From positions 888,117 through 952,116 of the forward strand of contig CAVPQQ010000002.1 in the NCBI GenBank assembly GCA_963707595.1: DNA of 64,000 nucleotides, given 5' to 3'. The notes below the pieces were generated by a model. It was given only the letters and a program-made list of their open reading frames with translations, made no database searches and was not told the DNA's origin. Positions 55,967 to 64,000 of this stretch are shown one piece after another. This DNA is from an uncultured Solirubrobacteraceae bacterium (GTDB lineage Bacteria; Actinomycetota; Thermoleophilia; Solirubrobacterales; Solirubrobacteraceae). How positions within the stretch are numbered: the stretch's first letter is position 1; every line of letters starts with the position of its first letter. The translations under genes were made by a program, and so were the position numbers.

Positions 55967-58111
55967 ATGCGTCACGGACGACGTCTCATCGGTCTGGCCG
56001 CCGCCGGCCTCACGCTCGCCTGCGCCTCGCCGGCCTTCGCCGGTACCGCGTACGTCTCAGGCCGGACGCTGCACTACACGACGGCGTCGACAGGCCCTGA
56101 CAGCCTGCTGATCACGATCGCGGGCGGGATCGCGAACATCGGCGACGGCACGCTCGGCATCGTCGCGGGGGCCGGGTGCGCGCAGGAGAGCCGCTACGCG
56201 CGCTGCCTGAACGTCGACGACGCGGTGATCGAGCTCGGCTCCGGCGGCAGCTCGGTCAACGTTCAGCCCGGGTCGACCTCGCCGATCAAGATCATCGGCG
56301 GCGCGGGCAACGACAGCGTCCTCGACGGCGGCGGGCCGGTCGACTTCGAGGGCGGGCCGGGCTGGGACACGATGGAGGTCCCCGCCTACGGCGGCACGTC
56401 CGCGGACTCGTTCTCGGGCGGGCCTGGCCGCGACTTCGTCTACTACAGCTCGCGCACGGCGCCGCAGAACGTCAGCCTCGACGACGTCGCCAACGACGGT
56501 GCGCCCGGCGAGCACGACAACATCCACTCCGACGTCGAAGGCGTGCAAGGCGGCGAGGGGAACGACACGCTCACCGGCGGGACGGGCGACGACTTCCTCA
56601 ACGGGCGCGGAGGGAGCGACACGCTCGTCGGCCTCGGGGGCGACGATGTCCTCGATGGCGCCGGCAACGGCGGCTGCGGTCACGACGATCTCGACGGCGG
56701 CGCCGACGACGACACGCTGATCCTCGAAGGCAACACGCACGCCGCGGGCGGCCCGGGCGACGATCGCTTCGCGCCCGGTGGCGCGGCGTGCACAGGCGCC
56801 GACACCGCGATCGGCGGCTCCGGCACGGACACGGCGGACTTCTCCTCCGCCACCGGCTACGACATCTGGTTGAGCCTGGACGGCGTGGCCGACGACGGCG
56901 CGGACGGCCTGGACAACTTCGGCACGGACATCGAGAACGCGACCGCCAACGGCAACGGCATGGCGCTGATCGGCAACGACGGGCCGAACGTCCTGCGCGG
57001 TGGCTCCGGCGACGACCTGCTCGACGGTGACGGCGGCGCCGACACGCTCACCGGCGGCGGCGGCTTCGACGTGGCCGACTACTCGCTGCGCACGGCGTCC
57101 GTGAGCCTGACGCTCGACGGCGCGGCGAACGACGGTGAGGTCGGCGAGCAGGATTCGATCGCCTCTGACGTCGAGGCGCTCGTCGGCGGCGACGGGGCCG
57201 ACACGCTGCGCGGCGACGGCGGCGACAACGTCTTCGACGGAGGTCCGGGCGCCGACGTCATGGTCGGCGGCGGAGGCACCGACGCCGTCGACTACTCCGC
57301 GCGCAGCGCTCCGGTGGTGGCCGACCTCGACGGCGCATCCGGCGACGACGGCGAAGCGGGTGAGGGCGACACGATCGGTGCCGACGTCGCCGGGCTGTTC
57401 GGCGGCTCCGGCAACGACACGCTGACCGGCAACGCGCTCGATGGGTTCCTCGACGGTGCCGGGGGCGCGGACCGCCTGACCGACGCGGGCGGCGAGGACT
57501 ACCTCGACGGCGGCGCGGGCGACGATGCGATCGGCAGTGACGACGGCGACGACGACTTCGTGACCTGCGGGGTCGGCAACGACCAGGTCCATCGCGACGT
57601 GCTCGACGAGATCGATTCGGACTGCGAGATCGTCACGCCGGTCTTCACGCCGACGCCGGCCCCGACCCCGGTTCGCCCCGGCCCGATACCCACGCCGACG
57701 GGCACGCCCCGGCCCCGTCCTTCGGCCCCGGTCATTCCGTCGCTCGCTGACCGGCGCGCGCCGAACGCGGAGCTGCGTGTCGATGCCCGTCCGCGATCGC
57801 TGCGCGTGCGCTCGCTCGGGCTGGCCGTCCCGTTCACGTGCGACGAGCCGTGCCTGGCCACCGCCGAGCTGCGTGCGACGACGGCCACCGCGCGGACGCT
57901 CAAGCGCCGCGGCGTGCGCGCGAGCGGCGTCCTCGCCCGCGGAGCGGTGAACGAGTTCGGCTCCGGGCAGCGGACCATGCGGGTCTTCCTCAACGCGACC
58001 GGCCGGCGCGCGCTGCGCAAGCTGCTCGTGGGGACCTACGTGCTCACGGTCGAGGTCTCCGATCGCGTCGGCAACACGCGCAAACTCGCGCGGACGCTGC
58101 GGTTCCGCTAG
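55967..58111 (+). CDS. secreted Ca-binding (RTX-like GGxGxD repeat) protein
   Basis: Many GGxGxD nonapeptides, signal peptide, PT linker, basic C-domain. Confidence 0.88.
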   Translation: MRHGRRLIGLAAAGLTLACASPAFAGTAYVSGRTLHYTTASTGPDSLLITIAGGIANIGDGTLGIVAGAGCAQESRYARCLNVDDAVIELGSGGSSVNVQPGSTSPIKIIGGAGNDSVLDGGGPVDFEGGPGWDTMEVPAYGGTSADSFSGGPGRDFVYYSSRTAPQNVSLDDVANDGAPGEHDNIHSDVEGVQGGEGNDTLTGGTGDDFLNGRGGSDTLVGLGGDDVLDGAGNGGCGHDDLDGGADDDTLILEGNTHAAGGPGDDRFAPGGAACTGADTAIGGSGTDTADFSSATGYDIWLSLDGVADDGADGLDNFGTDIENATANGNGMALIGNDGPNVLRGGSGDDLLDGDGGADTLTGGGGFDVADYSLRTASVSLTLDGAANDGEVGEQDSIASDVEALVGGDGADTLRGDGGDNVFDGGPGADVMVGGGGTDAVDYSARSAPVVADLDGASGDDGEAGEGDTIGADVAGLFGGSGNDTLTGNALDGFLDGAGGADRLTDAGGEDYLDGGAGDDAIGSDDGDDDFVTCGVGNDQVHRDVLDEIDSDCEIVTPVFTPTPAPTPVRPGPIPTPTGTPRPRPSAPVIPSLADRRAPNAELRVDARPRSLRVRSLGLAVPFTCDEPCLATAELRATTATARTLKRRGVRASGVLARGAVNEFGSGQRTMRVFLNATGRRALRKLLVGTYVLTVEVSDRVGNTRKLARTLRFR

Positions 58112-58130
58112 CCGCGCCGCGCACCGCCGC

Positions 58131-59603
58131 GTGGCAGACTCCGCGCCCATGGCGCCTGGGGACACGGCCCGCCTGTACCACCGCCTGAGCTCGTACGAGC
58201 CGGCGCGGGAGTTCCTCGTCCCGATCGATGACCCGCGCGTGCTGCAGGACTTCGTCGGCAACGACTTCGCGACCTGGCCCGCGGCGTGCAAGGCCTATCC
58301 ACCCGGGCTGCCCGCGGTCGAGCTGCCCCGCGACTGGCCGCCCGTCCCGGTCTCGGCGACCGCGTCGCTCGTGGGCGCTCTCGCTTCGCAGCCGCTGAAC
58401 CTCGCCTCGCTCGCGCGGCTGCTCTATCTGTCCTCCGGCGTCGTGCGTGTCGTCGAACGCGAGGACCGGCCGACGCTGCTGCTGCGCGCCGCCGGCTCGG
58501 CGGGCGGGCGCTTCCCGCTCGAGCTCTACGTCTCGGCCCGCGGCGTGGACGGTCTCGTGGACGGCGTCCACTGGTACGACCCGGTCGGGCACGCGCTCCT
58601 CCAGGTCGGGCCGCCCGCGGACGGGGAGGCCACCACGCTGATCGTGACCGGCGTGCCGTGGCGGACGGCGTGGCGCTACGCGGAGCGCGCCTTCCGCCAT
58701 ATCTACTGGGACGCGGGGACGATGCTCGCTCAGGCGCTCGCGCTGGCGGGCTCGGCCGGGTTGGGCCCGCGGCTGTGGACGCGCTTCCCGGACGCGGAGG
58801 TGACGCGGCTGGTCGGCGCCGACGGCGTGCAGGAGTTCCCGGTCGCGCTCGTCGGCCTCGGTGACGGGGTTCCGGCGATCGGGCCCCGTGGCGACGGCGC
58901 GGCGGGTGCGATCGACGCCGCGCCGCTGGAGTTCCCGCTCGTCACGCGCGCGCAGCGAGCGGGCGACGGCGACGAGCTGGGTGCTCCCTGGCCGCCGGGC
59001 GCGCCGCTCGAGCTTCAGCCGCCCGCCTCGCGCGACCTCGACGCCGTGATCCTGCAGCGCGGCTCGACGCGCCGGTTCGATGCGGCCGCGACGGTCGCGC
59101 GGGAGGTCTTCGACTTCTCGCTGGCCGCTGCGCTGACCGACGCCCATGTCCCGCACTTCGTCGCCGTCCATGGCGTCGAGGGCGTTGCGCCCGGGCTCTA
59201 CCGCTGGCCCGACCTCGATCGCCCGGTCCGCGGTGGACTGCTGCGCGAGCTGCTGCTGCGCGTCTGCTGGGACCAGGATCTGGGTCGCGACGCCGCCTTC
59301 GTCGTGATCGGCGCCGTCGACCTCGACGCGCTCGACGATCGCGGCTACCGCGATGCCCAGCTCGGCGCCGGCCTGGTCGAGGGCCGGCTGCACCTGGCCG
59401 CCTACGCGCTCGGGATCGGCGCGACGGGCATGACGTTCCTGGACTCCGAGATCGCCGGGCTGCTCGGCGAGCCGCTGGCCGGGCTCCTCTTCAGCTGCGT
59501 CGGCGTGCCCGCGTATCGCAACACCAGCGGCGGCCGTCCGGGGCGGCCGGTGTCGGTCGTGACGCCCGCCTCCGGGCTGACGCTGCCGCCCGAAACGGCG
59601 TAG
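58131..59603 (+). CDS. SagB-like / nitroreductase-domain protein
   Basis: RAAGSAGGRFPLELY, RRGSTRRF-like motif, YWDAG. Confidence 0.82.
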   Translation: MADSAPMAPGDTARLYHRLSSYEPAREFLVPIDDPRVLQDFVGNDFATWPAACKAYPPGLPAVELPRDWPPVPVSATASLVGALASQPLNLASLARLLYLSSGVVRVVEREDRPTLLLRAAGSAGGRFPLELYVSARGVDGLVDGVHWYDPVGHALLQVGPPADGEATTLIVTGVPWRTAWRYAERAFRHIYWDAGTMLAQALALAGSAGLGPRLWTRFPDAEVTRLVGADGVQEFPVALVGLGDGVPAIGPRGDGAAGAIDAAPLEFPLVTRAQRAGDGDELGAPWPPGAPLELQPPASRDLDAVILQRGSTRRFDAAATVAREVFDFSLAAALTDAHVPHFVAVHGVEGVAPGLYRWPDLDRPVRGGLLRELLLRVCWDQDLGRDAAFVVIGAVDLDALDDRGYRDAQLGAGLVEGRLHLAAYALGIGATGMTFLDSEIAGLLGEPLAGLLFSCVGVPAYRNTSGGRPGRPVSVVTPASGLTLPPETA

Positions 59604-59676
59604 CTGGACGGATGTTGGCGGCCTGACCTGACCGGATGGGCGGGTGGGTTCGCGCGCGCCGCGCAAAGGTGGCCCG

Positions 59677-60561
59677 ATGCTCATTCCACGCCGCGTTGTT
59701 GCGGTTGCTCTCGCGGTCGCCGGCGCGGCCGTCATGGCCTCACCGGCGCTCGCCGCTCCCGTCACGGTCACGCTGCCCGGCACGACCGCCGGGTTCCTCG
59801 CCACCGGCGTCACGGTCGCTCCGGCCCACCCGGTCCAGCTCGACGCCACCGGCAACATCGACTACGGCTGCAACAACTTCAACGGCTGCGCGGGCAACCC
59901 CGACGGCGTCGCCCCGAGCGGCGAGGTCTTCCCGTCCCCGGCCGGCCCGGGCTTCCTCGCCCCTGACCTGCGGATGTTCAGCCTCGTCGGCAAGATCGGC
60001 GACGGCGCCCCGTTCCAGCTCGGCAAGGGCCCGATCGTCCTGACCGGCAACGGCCCGCTCTCGATCGCCTACAACGACAGCTCCTGGGGCGACAACATCG
60101 GCAGCTACACCGTCACGCTCAACACGCTGGCGGCCGACGCGCAGGGCAACGTCGGCGGCAGCGTCTCCGCGACGCTCTCGCTGACGCTCGGCTCGGCGCC
60201 GAGCCTCGGCACGTTCGTCCCCGGCGCCGCGCGCGACTACCTGGGTTCGACCACGGCCAACGTGATCTCCACCGCCGGTGACGCGACGCTGAGCGTCGCC
60301 GACCCGAGCTCGTTCCAGACCGGCCACCTGGTCAACGGCACGTTCTTCCTCCCGCAGGCGCTGCAGGCGCGGGCGAACGCGGGCAGCTTCGCCGCGGTCG
60401 GCTCCTCGGCGGCCCCGACGAGCCTCCTGACCTTCGACCAGCCGGTCGCCAACGCGTCCGTCGCGCTCGAGTTCAAGCAGTCGATCGGCGCCACCGACGC
60501 GCTGCGCACCGGCAGCTACGCGAAGCCGCTGACCTTCACGCTCTCGACGACCACGCCGTAA
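59677..60561 (+). CDS. secreted protein: LecA-like N-domain + WxL-like C-terminal module
   Basis: Signal peptide; SLVGKIG..., YND..WGDNIGSY; ends YAKPLTFTLSTTTP. Confidence 0.7.
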   Translation: MLIPRRVVAVALAVAGAAVMASPALAAPVTVTLPGTTAGFLATGVTVAPAHPVQLDATGNIDYGCNNFNGCAGNPDGVAPSGEVFPSPAGPGFLAPDLRMFSLVGKIGDGAPFQLGKGPIVLTGNGPLSIAYNDSSWGDNIGSYTVTLNTLAADAQGNVGGSVSATLSLTLGSAPSLGTFVPGAARDYLGSTTANVISTAGDATLSVADPSSFQTGHLVNGTFFLPQALQARANAGSFAAVGSSAAPTSLLTFDQPVANASVALEFKQSIGATDALRTGSYAKPLTFTLSTTTP

Positions 60562-60615
60562 TCGCGTTTGCCCGCTCGCGCGGCCGGGGGCGGTCGCGCG
60601 AGTAGGGTGGACGGT

Positions 60616-60933
60616 ATGGAGTCGATAACCGCAGGGGACCTCGTCAAGGTCGCGACGGCCGGTCCGCAGCTGGACGGGATCGTCTTTGACGTGCCGAGCC
60701 ACAACAAGGCCGTCGTGGCGATGATGGACAGCAAGCGCGGGGCGGTGCTGCGCACCGTCAACCTGACGACGCTCAGCGAGCGCACCGAAGAGGGCGCGGG
60801 CGACGCTGCGCTGCGCCTGCTGATCCGCCGGACGCCCCAGCCCGTGCACTCCGGCGCGCGTGGCGGCGGCGGGACCGGGCATGGACGCGCCGCGCACACG
60901 CGCGCGGCGACGCATCGCACCACCGGTCGTTAG
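60616..60933 (+). CDS. hypothetical protein
   Basis: TAGGGT -10 seven bases before ATG; GC3-rich codons. Confidence 0.6.
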   Translation: MESITAGDLVKVATAGPQLDGIVFDVPSHNKAVVAMMDSKRGAVLRTVNLTTLSERTEEGAGDAALRLLIRRTPQPVHSGARGGGGTGHGRAAHTRAATHRTTGR

Positions 60934-60964
60934 CCGGGGCTGATCCGGGGGCTGCCATCATCGC

Positions 60965-61516
60965 GTGGTGCTCGATCGTCGCCTGGGTCTGAAGTCCGTC
61001 CTCGCGGTGGTCGTCGTCACCGTGCTGGTGATGGCGGGCCTGTCGCAGGTGCTCTTCAAGGGCTCGGACAAGCCGGACGAGACGGCTGCGATCGCGACCG
61101 CGACGGCGCCGACGAGCTGCGAGGAAGGGAGCGAGCCCTACGGCGCCGCTCCCGACGGCTTCAAGTACGAGAAGGTCGACGAGGCAACGCGCCTGAAGAC
61201 CGTGCAGGCGCTGAACCTCAATGAGTCCGGCGGTCCCGTGGACATGCGCAAGGCGACCCGGGAAGGGCTGACGCTGGGCACGCTGGTCGGGGTCCCGAGC
61301 CGAGATCCGGCCGCCTACGTGTCGGGCCTCGTGAAGTCGGCGAAGTCGGGCGGGGTGCCGGTGAAGGAGCAGAAGACCTACGCGGTGATCCCGCTCAGCG
61401 ACGGCAAGCTCGTGGCGGCCGGAGTTCGCGGCTGCAAGGCGGTGCTGATCAGCGCGACGGACCCGACGGCCGTGCCGTTCCTCGCCGATGCGGTGTTTGC
61501 CACAGCCTCGGGGTAG
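60965..61516 (+). CDS. hypothetical membrane-anchored protein
   Basis: N-terminal TM helix, coding-like codon use. Confidence 0.65.
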   Translation: MVLDRRLGLKSVLAVVVVTVLVMAGLSQVLFKGSDKPDETAAIATATAPTSCEEGSEPYGAAPDGFKYEKVDEATRLKTVQALNLNESGGPVDMRKATREGLTLGTLVGVPSRDPAAYVSGLVKSAKSGGVPVKEQKTYAVIPLSDGKLVAAGVRGCKAVLISATDPTAVPFLADAVFATASG

Positions 61517-61525
61517 GTTGGGCGA

Positions 61526-61882
61526 ATGGCCGACGACGCGATCCGGCGCGAGCTCGAGGAGCGGCGCGATCGAGCGCGCGAGACGATCGCCGGCCTCGCC
61601 AAGCGCCCCGAGCGCGGCACCGCGCAGGGCTTCGGCAAGCGGATCGGCGACGGCACCGTCGAGGCGATCAGCCGGCTGACCGAGATCGGCGTCGGCACTT
61701 CCCTGGAGGCCGGGCTGGAGCGAACCGAACGCGCGCTGGCGAAGCTCGACGAGGGAAGCTACGGGATCTGCGACGTCTGCGGTGAGCCGATCGGCGAGAA
61801 GCGCCTCGCGGCGATGCCCGACGTCGTGACGTGCGTGACCTGCGCGGCCGCACAGCCCCGCCCGCGCGCCACCCGTCGCTAG
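61526..61882 (+). CDS. TraR/DksA C4-type zinc finger protein
   Basis: YGICDVCGEPI..RL.A.P..TCVTC. Confidence 0.9.
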   Translation: MADDAIRRELEERRDRARETIAGLAKRPERGTAQGFGKRIGDGTVEAISRLTEIGVGTSLEAGLERTERALAKLDEGSYGICDVCGEPIGEKRLAAMPDVVTCVTCAAAQPRPRATRR

Positions 61883-61890
61883 AGATCTCT

Positions 61891-62789
61891 TCAAGGTTGG
61901 GGTCTGACCCCTTGAGGTTCGAGGGTGTGGAGGGCGTCGGCGAGGGCGAGGATCTCGTCGGCCCGGTGGACGCGCTCGCGCCAGTGCGATGGGATGCCTT
62001 GCAGGCCGTAGAGCGCGCCGGCGAGCTGGCCGTAGATCGCGGCGGTGGTGTCGGCGTCGTCGCCGAGGTTGACGGCCGCGAGCACGCCGTCCTCGAAGGT
62101 GGTGGTCGATGCGCAGCGCCCACAGCGCGGCCTCGAGCGCGTCGATCACGTAGCCGCCGCCGCGGACCTCGGGCGGCTCGCGCAGCGACGAGGCGGCGGC
62201 GATCACCTCCGGATGCAGCGACTCGTCGACCGGGAGGGCGAGCGGATCGCGGCCCGCGAGTGCCTCGAGGAGCAGCCGCGCGAACCAGCGCGACGCGTCG
62301 GCGGCCTCGAGGAGCGCCGTGGGTCGTACGGGCGCTCGCAGCAGCGAACCGCAGCGCGTCCTCGGGCCGTGAGGCGTAGGCGAGCACGACCGGCGCCAGC
62401 TTCATCAGCGGCCCGTTGCCGGCGGCGTCCGGCGCGGCGTCGCCGGGGTAGGGCTCGCCGGTGCGTTCGAAGCGCTCGAGCGCGGCGCGGGTCGCGTTGC
62501 CGATGTCGAAGCAGCGCCCGGTGCTCGACCAGTGTCCCTCGCGGTACCAGCGGACGTAGCGCTCGAGCTGGTCGACCGCATCGAAGCCGCGCCGCTCGAT
62601 CAGGCTCTCGGCGAGGCAGAGCGCCATCGACGTGTCGTCCGTCCACGCGCCCGCGGGCAGGGCGAACGGGCCGCCGCCGACCATGTCGCGCATCGGCGCG
62701 AAGGTCCCGGGCGCCATGAACTCGACCGTCGTGCCGACCGCGTCCCCGACGGCCAGCCCGAGCAGCGCCCCTCGGAAACGATCATCCAC
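61891..62789 (-). CDS. ADP-ribosylglycohydrolase (frameshifted)
   Basis: GDAVG, WTDDTSM, FDIGNAT, NLGDDADTTAA. Confidence 0.9.
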
Positions 62790-62809
62790 GCTCGGTTACG
62801 TTACGCCGC

Positions 62810-63400
62810 GTGGAAACCCTGATCGACGTGCTGGACGAGACGCGCTGGCTGCTCGCGAGGTCCGACAACGACTTCACGTGGTCGTCCTTCGTCGATCAGT
62901 ACGCGGCGCTGCGTGAGCTCGACGGCCATATCGACAAGCTTCGCCGGGGCAGCACGGAGACCGGTTGGATCAGCGTCCTATTCGCGCCGACCGGGCCGAT
63001 CCAGGAGGTCGCCGTCAGCAGTGGCTGGGGCGACGAGTTCCTCGACCTCGCGTCCCGTTACGACGTCGCGTGCGCGGTCCTGCACGGCGAAGCCGTGCAC
63101 CTCTGCTCGGTCTGCGGCGCCGAGGCGGGCCGGCTGCAGATCGAGGGCGACGAGCTCCGCCGCACCTCGTTCACGAGCACGCTGACACAGGCGGCGACCG
63201 ACGACGTCCGCGCGGCGATCGCGGACGCCGCCGCCCTCTACGTACTCGACCTCGAGCTCGCGCCCTTCTACTGCCCCGGATGCGACGCCTCGTACTGCGG
63301 CGAGCACTGGCGCCGCGAGGACGTCTTCGCAGAGGACGGGGCGCACGACTCGATCCGCGGCACCTGCCCGCAGAGCCACGAGCGAATGCTCGAGGACTAA
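62810..63400 (+). CDS. hypothetical protein with Cys/His (possible Zn) motifs
   Basis: LFAPTGPIQE...GWG; CxxC, CxxC-x3-CxxH, CxxxH. Confidence 0.7.
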   Translation: METLIDVLDETRWLLARSDNDFTWSSFVDQYAALRELDGHIDKLRRGSTETGWISVLFAPTGPIQEVAVSSGWGDEFLDLASRYDVACAVLHGEAVHLCSVCGAEAGRLQIEGDELRRTSFTSTLTQAATDDVRAAIADAAALYVLDLELAPFYCPGCDASYCGEHWRREDVFAEDGAHDSIRGTCPQSHERMLED

Positions 63401-63427
63401 CGCCTCAACCCCTGGTACCGCGCGACG

Positions 63428-63595
63428 ATGTCGCTGTACACGTGCGTCCCGGGCAGGCCGAGCTGGTGGACCTGATGCTCGACGGCGTCGTCGAGTCACC
63501 CGACGAATCGCCTGAAGGCTCGTGGCGCAAACGCTCGGAGCGATTGCCCGCGGACGAGCACGGCGCGGCCTACGCACCAGAGCATCCGTGTGCGA
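63428..63595 (+). pseudogene. TetR-family remnant
   Basis: MSLYTCVPG/AELVDLMLDGV across a frameshift. Confidence 0.5.
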
Positions 63596-63674
63596 GTTCG
63601 GGCTTTCGCGAATCCCGGATGGGATCGAAGCGCTCGTGAGCAGGCGTTCCTCGGCCGGGCGACGGCAAATCTTG

Positions 63675-63728
63675 TTGACGGTCTGTCCGTTCTCACTGGA
63701 CTTTAATTCGCTCATTTGCAATAAGTCC
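63675..63728 (+). promoter_or_regulatory. promoter/operator of the downstream secreted protein
   Basis: TTGACG; AT-rich IR GGACTT...AAGTCC at 63698-63728. Confidence 0.45.
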
Positions 63729-63765
63729 GGTGGTCGGAGGAATCAACGGAGGAGAGCCGTTACTC

Positions 63766-64000
63766 ATGCGCCTGCTGCGGTCTGCGCTGCTCGTTGTCGT
63801 TGCCGCCATCGTGTCGTGTGCCCTAGGAGTTGCACCAGCCTTGGCGAAAACCGTGGTGGTCGACTCGGTGGATGCACCGACGACCGCCTTCCAACCCGCG
63901 ACAACGACGATTGACGTCGGCGACACGGTCCGCTTCGAGTTCGACGCCGCTACAACGACGCACACCGTCACCTCATCCAGCGGCAATTGGACGATCGACG
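63766..64000 (+). CDS. secreted protein with N-terminal cupredoxin-like domain (partial)
   Basis: GGAGGAG RBS, signal peptide, FQPATTTIDVGDTVRF...HTVT. Confidence 0.72.
   Translation, partial: MRLLRSALLVVVAAIVSCALGVAPALAKTVVVDSVDAPTTAFQPATTTIDVGDTVRFEFDAATTTHTVTSSSGNWTID

Noticed and set aside
55967-58111. RTX toxin / type I secretion system
   Set aside because: Has a Sec-type signal peptide, no toxin domain and no T1SS genes nearby.

Overview
High-GC actinobacterial DNA. Protein styles, especially the 'VGGSVSATLSLTLG...YAKPLTFTLSTTTP' C-terminal module, suggest Solirubrobacterales; this is an inference. 1-14.3 kb is an nuoA-N (complex I) operon on the minus strand, with nuoN cut by the window edge. 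14.3-31.5 kb holds core and metabolic genes: flavin reductase, cupredoxin, cytochrome c, serS, phosphatase, cyclase, TPP enzyme, a YcnI/CopC copper locus, lgt, tal, and a Fur-family + NikMNQO/CbiMNQO + RcnA-like Ni/Co cluster. 31.6-41.1 kb is accessory: a rifampin monooxygenase-like gene, a nuclease, and a decayed ~5.6-kb island bounded by tRNA-Ser(TGA) and a 56-bp copy of its 3' half. mreB, tRNA-Ser(GCT), tRNA-Arg(ACG), regulators and many secreted proteins follow. Many core genes, mostly at 7-29 kb, carry single-base frameshifts that are most likely long-read indel errors, so those CDS limits are reconstructed. Best leads: (1) a membrane uORF ending in RGPP in front of the copper genes (candidate arrest peptide); (2) a MIRU-like 21-codon mini-ORF coupling nuoK to nuoL; (3) a promoter/structured-leader/uORF at 43.5 kb; (4) a ~335-bp intergenic fold-back element; (5) a serine/tyrosine recombinase chimera in the tRNA island; (6) several lineage-type C-terminal modules on secreted proteins.
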